Shown in pieces: positions 28,290 to 38,343 of a stretch of 64,000 nt of DNA (position 1 is its first letter; each line of letters starts with the position of its first letter). The position numbers and the translations under genes are program-made. Source of the DNA: an uncultured Chloroflexia bacterium (GTDB lineage: Bacteria > Chloroflexota > Limnocylindria > Limnocylindrales > CSP1-4); assembly GCA_963748625.1 (NCBI GenBank), contig CAVVJT010000007.1, positions 544,001 through 608,000 on the forward strand. The letters run 5' to 3'. A model generated the notes under the pieces. That model was not told the origin of the DNA, did no database searches, and was given only the letters and a program-made list of their open reading frames with translations.

Positions 28290-29195
28290 ATGCGCATCGG
28301 CTTCATCGGTCTCGGCCGAATGGGCGCGAACATGGTTCGTCGCCTGGTCCAGCATGACCACGAGGTCGCGATCTACAACCGCACGGCCGAGAAGACCACC
28401 GAGCTTGCCAAGGAGCACGCCGGCATCGTGCCCGCCTACTCCATCGCGGAGCTGGTCGGTGCGCTTGCGAAACCACGCGCGGTGTGGGTGATGGTCCCCG
28501 CGGGCGACGCCACCGAGGCCCAGATCGAAGATCTCCTCGAGCACCTGGAGCCGGGCGACACCATCATCGACGGCGGCAACACCAACTTCCACGATGACGT
28601 CCGCCGGCATGCCGCGCTCAAGGCGAAGGGCATCGAGTACGTCGATGCCGGCACCAGCGGCGGCATCTGGGGCCTCCAGGTGGGCTACGCGCTGATGGTC
28701 GGCGGGGACGACGCGGCCGTGCAGGCGCTCGAGCCTGTCTTCACCAGCCTCGCCCCTGAGGGCGGCTACCTGCACACGGGCGGCCCGGGCTCGGGCCACT
28801 ACGTGAAGATGGTCCACAACGGCATCGAGTACGGCTTGATGCAGGCCTATGCCGAAGGCTTCGAGATCATGCACGCCTCGGCGTACGACCTGGACCTCGG
28901 CGCCATCAGCGAGATGTGGATGCATGGCTCCGTCGTCCGCTCCTGGCTGCTGGAGCTCGCCGTCCGCGCGTTCAAGGCGAACGGCCAGGACCTCGACACG
29001 CTCAAAGGCTGGGTCGCGGACTCCGGCGAGGGCCGCTGGACCGTCCAGGAGGCGCTCGACCTCGACGTGCCGGCGCCGATCATCACGCTGTCCCTCCAGA
29101 CCCGCTTGCGCTCCCGCCAGGACGACTCCTACGGCGCGAAGGTGCTCGCCGCGCTGCGCAACGAGTTCGGCGGGCACGCGGTCAAGACCGGGTAG
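28290..29195 (+). CDS. gnd: 6-phosphogluconate dehydrogenase (decarboxylating, short type)
   Basis: GFIGLGRMG, IDGGNT, GHYVKMVHNGIEYG, DSGEGRW. Confidence 0.96.
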   Translation: MRIGFIGLGRMGANMVRRLVQHDHEVAIYNRTAEKTTELAKEHAGIVPAYSIAELVGALAKPRAVWVMVPAGDATEAQIEDLLEHLEPGDTIIDGGNTNFHDDVRRHAALKAKGIEYVDAGTSGGIWGLQVGYALMVGGDDAAVQALEPVFTSLAPEGGYLHTGGPGSGHYVKMVHNGIEYGLMQAYAEGFEIMHASAYDLDLGAISEMWMHGSVVRSWLLELAVRAFKANGQDLDTLKGWVADSGEGRWTVQEALDLDVPAPIITLSLQTRLRSRQDDSYGAKVLAALRNEFGGHAVKTG

Positions 29196-29242
29196 CCAGC
29201 GTGGCAGTCAAGCGCCAGCCGAGCACGTCCTCCGGGGGAACG

Positions 29243-29320
29243 CCGGCCGCTGCGGGCACCCCGGCCCCGCGGGCACCCCGGCCGCTGCGGGCACCCCGGC
29301 CGCTGCGGGGACCCCGGCAC
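29243..29320. repeat. 18-bp tandem repeat x4 (PAAAGT-coding), second unit 17 bp
   Basis: CCGGCCGCTGCGGGCACC-like units at 29243, 29261 (17 bp), 29278, 29296. Confidence 0.9.
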
Positions 29321-29346
29321 CCGCCCGCAAGGAGGCGCCGCGCACG

Positions 29347-30930
29347 ATGCGCGACCTGCGCCTCGCCACCGAGGCGCGCCGCAGGACCGCACCCGCCCGC
29401 TCCGCGGACAACCCGCTGCGCGAGGGCCTGCGCCTCGAGCGCGTCCCGGACCCGGCCGCCTTCGTCCTGTTCGGCGCCACCGGCGACCTCGCCCACCGCA
29501 AGGTCATCCCGGCCCTGTTCCAGCTCTGGCGGACCCACCTGCTCCCCCACGAGTTCACGCTCATCGCCGTCGGCCGGCGCGCCTACACGGACGACACGTT
29601 CCGGGCCGAGGTCAAGGCCGCTCTCGACACGTACTCCCGGGTCCAGCCCGTTGACCCCGACACCTGGGACGAGCTCGCGAAGCGGATCCACTACCACCGC
29701 CTGGACTTCGCCGACAGCGCCGCCTACGCCTCGCTGGCGGAGACGCTCGACGCGCTCGACGTGGAGCGCGGCACCCGCGGCAACCGCATCTTCTACCTCG
29801 CCACGCAGCCGTCGGCCTTTCCCGAGATCGTCCAGCAGCTGGGCCGCGTGGGCCTCGACCACGAGCGCCACGATGGCGGCTGGCGCCGGGTCGTCATCGA
29901 GAAGCCGTTCGGCCACGACCTCGATTCGGCCATCCGGCTCAACCGCGAGGTGGGCAAGGTCTTCCGGGAGCAGCAGGTCTACCGCATCGACCACTACCTG
30001 GGCAAGGAGACCGTCCGCAACCTGCTGGTCTTCCGGTTCGGCAACGGCATCTTCGAGCCGATCTGGAACCGCCGCCACATCGACCACGTGCAGATCACCG
30101 TGGCCGAGTCGATCGGGATCGAGACCCGGGGCGCCTTCTACGAGGAGACCGGCGCCAGCCGCGACTTCCTCCAGAACCACCTGCTCCAGCTGCTCTCGCT
30201 CGTGGCGATGGAGCCGCCCACCACCTTCGAGGCCGACGCGCTGCGCGACGAGAAGGTCAAGGTCATCCGCGCGGTCACGGAGCTCTCCCCCGAGCAGATC
30301 CGGCGCGACATCGTCCGGGGCCAGTACGGCCCGGGCTGGGTGTCGGGCAAGCCCGTCATCGGCTACCGCGGGGAGCCGAACGTGGACCCTGCGTCGGAGA
30401 CGGAGACCTACGTCGCCGCTCGCCTCACCATCGACGACTGGCGCTGGTCCGGCGTCCCCTTCTACCTGCGGATGGGCAAGCGCCTGCCCAAGCGCGCGAC
30501 CGAGATCGCGATCCAGTTCAAGGAGGTCCCGCACCAGCTGTTCCGCGACAGCGTGTCGGATCCGGAGCCCAACCTGCTGACCATGCGGATCCAGCCCGAC
30601 GAGGGGATCATGCTGCGCTTCGGCGCCAAGGTCCCGGGCCTGGGCATCGACGTGCGCAACGTCACGATGGACTTCACGTACGGGTCGGCCTTCCAGGTGG
30701 ACTCGCCGGATGCCTACGAGACGCTGATCCTCGACGCGCTGCTCGGCGACGCCTCGCTGTTCACGCGGGCGGACGAGGTGGAGCAGGCATGGGCCATCGT
30801 CGATCCGATCATCAGCGCCTGGGCGGAGAGCCAGTCGCCGGACTTCCCCAGCTACGAGGCGGGCACGTGGGGACCGGAGACGGCCGACGACCTGCTCGCC
30901 CGCGAGGGACGACGGTGGCGCCGGATCTGA
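29347..30930 (+). CDS. zwf: Glucose-6-phosphate 1-dehydrogenase
   Basis: FGATGDLA, IEKPFG, RIDHYLGKE; start is ATG 29347 (AAGGAGG upstream), or GTG 29201 if the repeat indel is an error. Confidence 0.96.
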   Translation: MRDLRLATEARRRTAPARSADNPLREGLRLERVPDPAAFVLFGATGDLAHRKVIPALFQLWRTHLLPHEFTLIAVGRRAYTDDTFRAEVKAALDTYSRVQPVDPDTWDELAKRIHYHRLDFADSAAYASLAETLDALDVERGTRGNRIFYLATQPSAFPEIVQQLGRVGLDHERHDGGWRRVVIEKPFGHDLDSAIRLNREVGKVFREQQVYRIDHYLGKETVRNLLVFRFGNGIFEPIWNRRHIDHVQITVAESIGIETRGAFYEETGASRDFLQNHLLQLLSLVAMEPPTTFEADALRDEKVKVIRAVTELSPEQIRRDIVRGQYGPGWVSGKPVIGYRGEPNVDPASETETYVAARLTIDDWRWSGVPFYLRMGKRLPKRATEIAIQFKEVPHQLFRDSVSDPEPNLLTMRIQPDEGIMLRFGAKVPGLGIDVRNVTMDFTYGSAFQVDSPDAYETLILDALLGDASLFTRADEVEQAWAIVDPIISAWAESQSPDFPSYEAGTWGPETADDLLAREGRRWRRI

Positions 30931-32258
30931 ACGAGGGAGCCGGCGAGGGCCGGGTCCCGGGCGACATCATCGCCGTCGGGACGCGTCTCAGCGGGGGTGG
31001 ACGGATCGAGCTGGCCGAGGCGGCGCGGCCGGGCGAGGCGACGATGCGCTGGCTGTCGTCGGCCCACTCCATCGACGACATCGAGAAGGAGCTGGCCCGT
31101 ATCTGGGCGCAGCCGAACCTCGTGGTCGAGATGGACGGTGAGCGGGCGGGGCGGCACGTCGCCGCGCGGACGTCCGTGATGAACCTGGTGGTCGTCGCGA
31201 GGGCGCAGGAGACGGGTGAGCGGGCGGCGGGCACGATCCAGCGGCTCACGGGGCGCCACCCGTCACGGACGCTGGTGCTGCTGGCGGCGGATCCGGACGG
31301 GCCGCCCTGGCTCGACGCGCGCATCCAGGCCCACTGCGTGCTCCCCCGGCCCGATGCGCCCGAGACCTGCTCGGAGGTGATCTTCCTCACGGCGGGCGGC
31401 GAGAGTGGCCAGCACCTGGGCGCGCTGGTGTCACCGCTGCTCATCCACGACCTGCCGGTGACGACCTGGTGGCCCGGCGATCCCCCGCTCACGTCGGATC
31501 CCGCGGGCGAGCTGCTGGCGGTCACGGACCGGCTGGTGGTGGACGGGTCGTCGTGGGGCGGTGATGGGATGGGCCGCCTGGGCGAGCTGGCCAGCCTGTT
31601 CGACCTGTACCCGCGGCTGTCGGTCCAGGATTTCGCCTTCGTGCGCCAGGCGCGCTGGCGGGAGGCGATCGCGTCGGTGTTCGACGTGGCCGAGTTCCGG
31701 CCGTACCTGACGCACCTCAAGCGGGTCTCGGTGGCCTACGCGACCAGCGACGGGACAGGCGCGCCGGGGACGACGAACATCGTGAAGCCGCTGTACCACG
31801 TGGCCTGGCTGGCCTCGCGGCTCGGGATGCAGGCGGGTACGCCGCTGGCGCCGGTGGAGACGAAATCGAAGGCGCCGGTGCGGCTCCGCCCGGGCGAGAA
31901 GGCGCCGCTCCACCGGGGCCTGGCAACGAGGCTCCGGGGCCGGTCGTCGGAGGTGGGGGTCGTGATCCGGCCGATTGCGTCGTCGGCGGCGCCCGGGACG
32001 ACGCTCCGCGTGGAGATCACCTGCGAGCGGCGGGGCTCGGAGCTGCGCGTGGACGTCACGGCGGAGGCGGACGCAGTGCACGTCCACACGTATCTCGACG
32101 GCGTGCAGGCGATCGATCGCACGTACAAGGCGGCGCGCCTGACGGACGTGGACCTGCTGGGCGAGGCGATGGACGGGATTGCGCGCGACGCCGTGTCGCT
32201 CGGGACGATACGGATGGCGGCGGCCCTGGGCGGACCGCGGGTGGCGGAGGGGGCGTGA
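30915..32258 (+). CDS. opcA: G6PDH assembly protein OpcA
   Basis: RTSVMNLVV, GRHPSR, PLLIHDLPVTTWWPG; lies between zwf and pgl. Confidence 0.88.
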   Translation: MAPDLNEGAGEGRVPGDIIAVGTRLSGGGRIELAEAARPGEATMRWLSSAHSIDDIEKELARIWAQPNLVVEMDGERAGRHVAARTSVMNLVVVARAQETGERAAGTIQRLTGRHPSRTLVLLAADPDGPPWLDARIQAHCVLPRPDAPETCSEVIFLTAGGESGQHLGALVSPLLIHDLPVTTWWPGDPPLTSDPAGELLAVTDRLVVDGSSWGGDGMGRLGELASLFDLYPRLSVQDFAFVRQARWREAIASVFDVAEFRPYLTHLKRVSVAYATSDGTGAPGTTNIVKPLYHVAWLASRLGMQAGTPLAPVETKSKAPVRLRPGEKAPLHRGLATRLRGRSSEVGVVIRPIASSAAPGTTLRVEITCERRGSELRVDVTAEADAVHVHTYLDGVQAIDRTYKAARLTDVDLLGEAMDGIARDAVSLGTIRMAAALGGPRVAEGA

Positions 32259-33028
32259 TGGTTGCGCGGCCCAACCTGCGTGTCGTCCCGACCGAGACCC
32301 TCGCAACCGAGGCCGGGCGCTGCATCGCTGAGGCGCTGGCGGGCGCCGTCGCGGCGCGGGGCGTGGCGCACTGGGCCACCACCGGCGGCTCGTCCGCCCC
32401 CGCGATCTACCGCGCGCTCGCCGCGGAGCCGCTGGCATCGGCGGTGCCGTGGTCCCGGGTGCACACCTGGTGGGGCGATGACCGCTTCGTCCGCCACGAC
32501 GATCCCCTGTCCAACGTGCTCCCGATCACCGCGTTGCTCGCGGGCGGAGGGCTGCCAGCGGCGGCCCGGGCCAACCTCCACCCGATCCCGACCGATCCGG
32601 CGCTCGCCGGCGGGTTCGGCGCCGGCTGGGCCGCGGCGCGATACGCCGATGAGCTGGCCTCACTGGTGCCGGCCGGACCCGACGGCGTGCCCGTTCTCGA
32701 CCTCGTCATCCTCGGGGTCGGGCCGGACGGGCACATCCTGTCGGTGTTCCCGGGGTCCGCCGTGTGGGAGTCATCGGCGTCGGTCTGCGCCGTGCCCGCG
32801 CCGACCCACATCGAGCCGCACGTCGAGCGCGTGACCATGCACCCCCGGCTGGTCGCCGCCGCACGCGCCGTCCTCGTCACGACCACCGGCGCCGCCAAGG
32901 CCGCGAAACTCGCCCGCGCCTGGTCCGGTGGCGCCGATCTCCGCCAGGTTCCGGTGGCGGCCGCGATGCTCCCCACGGCCACCTGGCTGCTCGATGCCGC
33001 GGCCGCATCGGAGCTGCACGAGGGCTGA
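32255..33028 (+). CDS. pgl: 6-phosphogluconolactonase
   Basis: TGGSS, WWGDDRFV..SN, LGVGPDGHILSVFP. Confidence 0.93.
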   Translation: MMVARPNLRVVPTETLATEAGRCIAEALAGAVAARGVAHWATTGGSSAPAIYRALAAEPLASAVPWSRVHTWWGDDRFVRHDDPLSNVLPITALLAGGGLPAAARANLHPIPTDPALAGGFGAGWAAARYADELASLVPAGPDGVPVLDLVILGVGPDGHILSVFPGSAVWESSASVCAVPAPTHIEPHVERVTMHPRLVAAARAVLVTTTGAAKAAKLARAWSGGADLRQVPVAAAMLPTATWLLDAAAASELHEG

Positions 33029-33136
33029 TCGCGCCGGGACCTCCCGTCCGCACGCACTTGGGCGGAAGCACTCCGACATCTGCATTGACACACCGGGCAT
33101 CACGCGGCACTGAGTGCGGGTTCGCCGGCCGGCGCA

Positions 33137-33247
33137 GACTCCACCCGGAGTCGGGAACGCCCTGGCTGAGCGTGGCGCGAACCGCGAAGTCGACCTTTCG
33201 TGCACGGCCCACGCACGAGCAGCCCGCTCTTGACTCCCGGCGGAGTC
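33137..33247 (-). repeat. 111-bp palindromic intergenic element (family A, copy 2, reverse orientation)
   Basis: Terminal hairpins GACTCCacccGGAGTC and GACTCCcggcGGAGTC; reverse-complement interior shares GCACGAAA..TTCGCG..CCACGCTCA with the 57456 copy. Confidence 0.75.
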
Positions 33248-33326
33248 GGGCCCGCTCCCGGTAGATGCAGCCCGCTCAAGGTGGAGGCAGCCCGAGGCTG
33301 GGCGGGGCCGGCACCAGGAGAAGACC

Positions 33327-34163
33327 CTACCGCGCGACCTCGAGCTTCTTGAAGGCCTCCACCTGGCCGCGGATCGCTCGCTCGGTGGGCAGCCGCTCCA
33401 CCGACGAAGCCCCGAAGAACCCATGGATCCCGGGCATCCGCAGCAGCGCCTCGGCCACCTGGGCCGGCTCGTCGAACGGGCCGCCGTGGCAGAGCACGAT
33501 GATGTCGCGCCGGACGGACCTCCCGGCGTCGGCCATGGCCATGACCCGCTCGATCGCCTCGTCCAGCGTGAACGCGACGCCCGCCCCGATCGAGCCCGCG
33601 GTCGTCAGGCCCACGTGGCAGACGAGCTGGTCGGCGCCCGCCTCGACCATCGCGCGCGCCTGGTCGGGGTCGAACACGTAGGGCGAGGTGAACATGTCCT
33701 GGGCGTGGGCCTCGGCGATGGCCGCTACCTCCTTGTCGTAGCCCATCCCGGTGGCCTCGAGGTTGCGCCGGAAGTCGCCGTCGATCAGGCCCACCGTCGG
33801 GAAGTTCTGGACGCCGTCGAAGCCGAGGTCGCGCAGCTGGCGCAGGAACACCCGCATGATCCGGAACGGGTCGGTGCCGTTGATGCCGGCGAGAACGGCC
33901 ATGCGCGAGACGACTGGCAGCACCTCGGCGGCCATCTCGACGACGATGCCGTTCGCATCGCCGTAGGCCAGCATGCCTGCCAGTGACCCGCGGCCCGCCA
34001 TCCGGTAGCGGCCCGAGTTGTAGATGATCGCCATGTCGGCGCCACCGGCCTCGGCCATCTTGGCGCTGATGCCGGTGCCGGCGCCTGCGCCGACGATGGG
34101 GATGCCGGCGTCGATCGTGGAGCGGAGGCGGGCCAAGAGCTCGGCGCGGGGGATGAAGGGCAT
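33327..34163 (-). CDS. PEP-hydrolase-like TIM-barrel protein (Tm-1 C-terminal-like)
   Basis: [51 protein letters not shown]. Confidence 0.92.
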   Translation of the reverse strand: MPFIPRAELLARLRSTIDAGIPIVGAGAGTGISAKMAEAGGADMAIIYNSGRYRMAGRGSLAGMLAYGDANGIVVEMAAEVLPVVSRMAVLAGINGTDPFRIMRVFLRQLRDLGFDGVQNFPTVGLIDGDFRRNLEATGMGYDKEVAAIAEAHAQDMFTSPYVFDPDQARAMVEAGADQLVCHVGLTTAGSIGAGVAFTLDEAIERVMAMADAGRSVRRDIIVLCHGGPFDEPAQVAEALLRMPGIHGFFGASSVERLPTERAIRGQVEAFKKLEVAR

Positions 34164-34187
34164 GGCTTGGACTCCTTGCGCAGGCTG

Positions 34188-35393
34188 TCAGCCGGCGAGC
34201 ATCGCGAGCAGGCGGTCGGCGATCGCGTCGGCGAAGGCTTCGTCGTTGATGTGCAGGTCGAGGTCGTGGAACTCCACGACCTCCGGGTCGATCCCCGACG
34301 AGATCGCGTTGTAGAGCCCGGCCATGGCCATCGTGTCGAAGAACGGCTGGCCCTTCGCATCGAGCATGGAGACGCCGTTGCACGGGATGAAGACCGCGCA
34401 CGGCGCGGTGGCCGCGTTCAGCTTCCGGGCCAGGATCTCCCCCAGTTCGATGCACTCCTCGTCGGTGGTGCGCATGAGCGTGACCTGCGGGTTGTGGTGG
34501 TAGAAGAGGCGTCCCGCGAAGCGCGCCGGCACCGTCTCGGGCGGCCCGAAGTTGCACATGTCGAGCGCGCCCACGCTCACCACCTGCGGGATCCCCGCCC
34601 GCGCCGCGGCCCCCAGCCGGTCCGGGCCCGCGGAGAGCACCCCGCCGATCAGCTCGTCGGCAAGCTCGGTCGTCGTGATGTCGGCGACGCCCACGATGAA
34701 GCCGGCGTCGATCAGGGCCTCCATCGCGCGCCCGCCGGAGCCGGTCGCATGGAACACGAGGACCTCGAACCCGGCCGCCTCCAGGCGCTCGCGGACGCGG
34801 GTGACGCACGGGGTGGTCACGCCGAACATGGTGGCGGCGATCAGCGGCCGGTCCTCGACGGGCGGGATCTCCTGCTCGGCCATGCCGCACACGGCACCCG
34901 CGGCGTTGGCAAGGATGCGCCGCGACAGCCGGTTGAGGCCGGAGACATCGACCACGGAGTACATCATCGTGATGTCGGTGACGCCCACGTACGGCCCGAC
35001 ATCGCCCGAGGCCATGGTCGACACCATCACCTTCGGGAGGCCGACAGGCAGGGCGCGCATGCCAGCGGTCGCGATGGCCGTGCCCCCCGAGCCACCGAGG
35101 CCGATGACGCCGTCCACGTGTTCAGTCTCGAGGAGCTCGGGCGCGAGGGCCGCCACGCCTGCGCACATGACCTCGAGCGCGTGTGCGCGGTCCCCTTCCG
35201 CGCGGAGTGATTCGAGGTCGGCGCCCCCGGCGCGGGCAACGCGGGAGGCGTCGATGTCGGACTGGATCGCAGGGGCCTGGACGCCCGCGTCGAGGACCAC
35301 GGCGAGGTGCCCGCGCGCGGTGATGAGGTCGCGCACGTAGGCGACCTCGGCGCCTTTCGTGTCGAGGGTTCCGATGACCAGGATCGTCGCCAT
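34188..35393 (-). CDS. UPF0261 / Tm-1-like ATP-binding domain protein
   Basis: IGTLDTKG.E, GGSGGT, TMFGVTT, FHATGSGGRAME, HIND. Confidence 0.92.
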   Translation of the reverse strand: MATILVIGTLDTKGAEVAYVRDLITARGHLAVVLDAGVQAPAIQSDIDASRVARAGGADLESLRAEGDRAHALEVMCAGVAALAPELLETEHVDGVIGLGGSGGTAIATAGMRALPVGLPKVMVSTMASGDVGPYVGVTDITMMYSVVDVSGLNRLSRRILANAAGAVCGMAEQEIPPVEDRPLIAATMFGVTTPCVTRVRERLEAAGFEVLVFHATGSGGRAMEALIDAGFIVGVADITTTELADELIGGVLSAGPDRLGAAARAGIPQVVSVGALDMCNFGPPETVPARFAGRLFYHHNPQVTLMRTTDEECIELGEILARKLNAATAPCAVFIPCNGVSMLDAKGQPFFDTMAMAGLYNAISSGIDPEVVEFHDLDLHINDEAFADAIADRLLAMLAG

Positions 35394-35436
35394 GCCGCCT
35401 CCGTCGCGGTCGCTGCGAGGGGTACGCTTCGCGTCC

Positions 35437-36270
35437 ATGGTCGCACCGTTCGGGGATGCTCCGCATGCCGTCGTGCAGTCCCGGGACGGCACGCCGATCG
35501 CCGTGTTCGCCGGAGGGTCCGGCCCCGGGGCACCCGTGCTGCTGGTCCATGGCACGGGCTCGGATCACACGACGTGGCGGGTGCTGGCGCCGCTCCTGGC
35601 CGACGGCCGCCGGGTGTACTCCCTTGACCGGCGGGGGCGAGGCGCGTCTGGCGATGGTCCGGCGTACTCCGCACAGCTCGAGGCCGAGGACGTGGCCGCC
35701 GTCGCGGAGCTGATGGCTGCGGTCGAAGGGCGCGGGATCGCCGTGGTCGGGCACTCGTTGGGCGGTCGGCTCGCGCTGGCGGCGGCCCGGCTGAGCAGCG
35801 CGATCGAGAAGGTGGCCGCCTACGAGGGTGCGCCGACCGTGCCGGCCGCGGGCGGTGCCGACGAGCGCCTGCTTGCCGAGCTGGCCGCCCACCTTGGGGC
35901 CGGCGACCACGACGCTGTCCTCGAGGTCTTCCTGCGCGAGGCCGCCAGCCTGCCCGAGGACCAGCTGGCCGACTTCCGGGCCTCGGACCTGTGGGCCGTC
36001 CGCGCCAGGACCGCGCCGCAGATCGTCCGCGAGCTGGACGCGGCGCTGCACGACGCGGCCATCGGCCTCGAGGCCCTTGCCAACGTCGAGGTCCCGGTGC
36101 TCCAGCTCGCCGGCTCCGAGTCGCCGGCCCGGTTCCGCGACGGCGTCCTCGCCCTCGACCGGCAGCTCGCGCGCGGAACGGTGGAATTCGTGGCCGGAGC
36201 CCGCCACAACGCGCACCATTCGCACGCGCGCGCCCTTGCGGGTGCGGTCATCGGATTCCTCGGGGCCTGA
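35437..36270 (+). CDS. Alpha/beta fold hydrolase
   Basis: LVHG, DRRGRG.S, GHSLGG nucleophile, C-terminal His. Confidence 0.9.
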   Translation: MVAPFGDAPHAVVQSRDGTPIAVFAGGSGPGAPVLLVHGTGSDHTTWRVLAPLLADGRRVYSLDRRGRGASGDGPAYSAQLEAEDVAAVAELMAAVEGRGIAVVGHSLGGRLALAAARLSSAIEKVAAYEGAPTVPAAGGADERLLAELAAHLGAGDHDAVLEVFLREAASLPEDQLADFRASDLWAVRARTAPQIVRELDAALHDAAIGLEALANVEVPVLQLAGSESPARFRDGVLALDRQLARGTVEFVAGARHNAHHSHARALAGAVIGFLGA

Positions 36271-36360
36271 ACACAGGCTGGCGTCCCGGTGCGCCATTCG
36301 GCCCCTCCGACTGCGCCGTGCGGCACCTCACGCCCGGTTTGGGGGGACTACCATCCCTCC

Positions 36361-37476
36361 ATGACTGAGCCTGTCCTCGCTCCCGACTATCCCCGTCCCT
36401 ACTCCCCCGGTCTCGAGGGGGTCATCGCCGGCGAGACCTCGCTGTCGTTCATCGACGGTGAGAACGGCCGCCTGCTGTACCGCGGCTACCCGATCGGCCA
36501 GCTGGTGAAGGGCGGCTCCTACGCTGCCGTCGCCGAGCTGCTCTGGACCGGCGAATGGACGCCGGATAGCAAGCTCCCGTGCCAGCCGGTCCCGGATGCG
36601 GTCATGACCGCGCTGCGTGCCCTGCCTGCGACGGCCAAGCCGATGGACGCCCTCCGGACCGCGGTGTCCGTGTGGGGCGCTGTCACCAACCCGGGCTGGC
36701 CGGCCTCGGCCGATGAGGCCCGTGCGCTGACCGCGTTCTCGCCGTCGGCGCTGGCCGCGTTCGCCCGCCTCCGCCAGGGCCTCGAGCCGGTCGCGCCCGA
36801 TCCCGATCTCGACCTGGTCGCAGGGTTCCTGTACCAGCTCAACGGCGAGGTGCCCACGGCAGAGGCGGCGCGCGCGCTCGACGCCTACTTCATCGTCGGT
36901 GCGGAGCACGGCTTCAACGCCTCCACGTTCACTGCCCGCGTGATCACCGCCACCCGCTCGGACATCGCGTCCGCCGTGTGCGGCGCGATCGGCGCGATGA
37001 AGGGCCCGCTCCACGGCGGCGCCCCGTCCGAGGTGGTGGAGCAGATCCACCAGGTCGGCACGCCCGAGCACGCCGAGCAGTGGGTCCGCGAGGCGATCGA
37101 CAACAAGACCCGCCTGATGGGCTTCGGCCACCGCGTGTACCGCGCCTACGATCCCCGCGCCGCGGCCCTGCGCGAGGTCGCCGAGTCGATGGCGAACAAG
37201 CCGGACTGGCTCGAGCTTGCGATCGCCATCGAGGATGTCGCGCTGCGCGTGCTCGCCGAGAAGTACCCGGATCGCCCGCTCAAGACCAACGTCGAGTTCT
37301 ACGCGGCGCCGGTCCTGATGGGTGTCGGGCTCACCCCGGACCTGTTCCCAGCCACCTTCGCCCTGGCCCGGCACGCCGGCTGGACCGCGCACACGGTCGA
37401 GCAGGGCGCGAACAACCGGCTCATCCGCCCGGACGTGAAGTACATCGGCTACCTGGAGCGCGACCTCCCCGCCTGA
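36361..37476 (+). CDS. Citrate/2-methylcitrate synthase family protein
   Basis: GLEGV, EHGFNASTF, KGPLHGGA, MGFGHRVY..DPR, NVEFY. Confidence 0.95.
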   Translation: MTEPVLAPDYPRPYSPGLEGVIAGETSLSFIDGENGRLLYRGYPIGQLVKGGSYAAVAELLWTGEWTPDSKLPCQPVPDAVMTALRALPATAKPMDALRTAVSVWGAVTNPGWPASADEARALTAFSPSALAAFARLRQGLEPVAPDPDLDLVAGFLYQLNGEVPTAEAARALDAYFIVGAEHGFNASTFTARVITATRSDIASAVCGAIGAMKGPLHGGAPSEVVEQIHQVGTPEHAEQWVREAIDNKTRLMGFGHRVYRAYDPRAAALREVAESMANKPDWLELAIAIEDVALRVLAEKYPDRPLKTNVEFYAAPVLMGVGLTPDLFPATFALARHAGWTAHTVEQGANNRLIRPDVKYIGYLERDLPA

Positions 37477-37543
37477 CGGCCTGATCGCCGCGCGCGGTCC
37501 ACACCGCTCCGTCCACGGGCGTCGGAGCGATCCGGCGCCCGTC

Positions 37544-37720
37544 GTGATTCCATCCGCACGAGGATGGTTTGCCGACTCTATCCGCGCAGGGATGGAATCC
37601 GTGGAGTCCGTGCAGGCCTCGGACCCTGAACGCGGGGGTCGGTACGTGACCCCTGCACGCACGACCCCGAAGTCACCACGGGGATTGTTGGCCGAATCGA
37701 TCCGCGCAGGAATGAAACCG
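37544..37720 (-). repeat. 177-bp structured intergenic repeat (family D, copy 2, reverse orientation)
   Basis: Reverse complement aligns over its full length to 11494-11673. Confidence 0.9.
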
Positions 37721-37806
37721 GCGCGGCTCGGGGCCTGGCGCCGCTCGGGGCCTGGGCGCGGTTCGGCACGCCCGGAATGCGCGACCGGCGCGCCCGCACC
37801 GCGCGC

Positions 37807-38340
37807 CTAGTGCAGCACCAGCACCTTGAGCACCACGATCACGCATCCGAGCAGGCAGTCCACCGACGCCACGAGCAGCGTCACCGGCCAGCCCTTTCCC
37901 AGGCGCCGCCCGACCGCCAGCCCGAACAGGAACAGCTGCACGATGCAGGCGACCAGGGCGACGTCGAGCGCCACCTGGACCGGCACAGCCTCGAGGATGC
38001 CGAAGGTGACGATCGCGGCCGGCAGCAGGGCCGCCGTCAGCATCGGGCTTTCGATGCGCGCAATGGAGAGGACGTCGGACCATGCGATCGGGCCGCGCAT
38101 CCGCAGCGCCACGATGCCGGTCCAGACGTCGGCCAGCCAGAACACGGCGACCCCGATGAGGACCGTGAGCGTCACGAACTCCGGGGAGGAGTCCGAGCGG
38201 GCCTGCACGGCGACCAGGCTCGTGACCAGCAGCGTGCCGTAGACGGCCCCTGAGAGGTCCTTTGGCGGATGGGTGCGGCCAACGCCCGGCACCCGCTCCT
38301 CGACCTCATCCACCATGATCTCCCGGTCGACTGCGTCCAC
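37807..38340 (-). CDS. Hypothetical membrane protein
   Basis: AVYGT motif and several TMs; directly downstream of corA; start may be 38316. Confidence 0.75.
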   Translation of the reverse strand: MDAVDREIMVDEVEERVPGVGRTHPPKDLSGAVYGTLLVTSLVAVQARSDSSPEFVTLTVLIGVAVFWLADVWTGIVALRMRGPIAWSDVLSIARIESPMLTAALLPAAIVTFGILEAVPVQVALDVALVACIVQLFLFGLAVGRRLGKGWPVTLLVASVDCLLGCVIVVLKVLVLH

Positions 38341-38343
38341 CGC

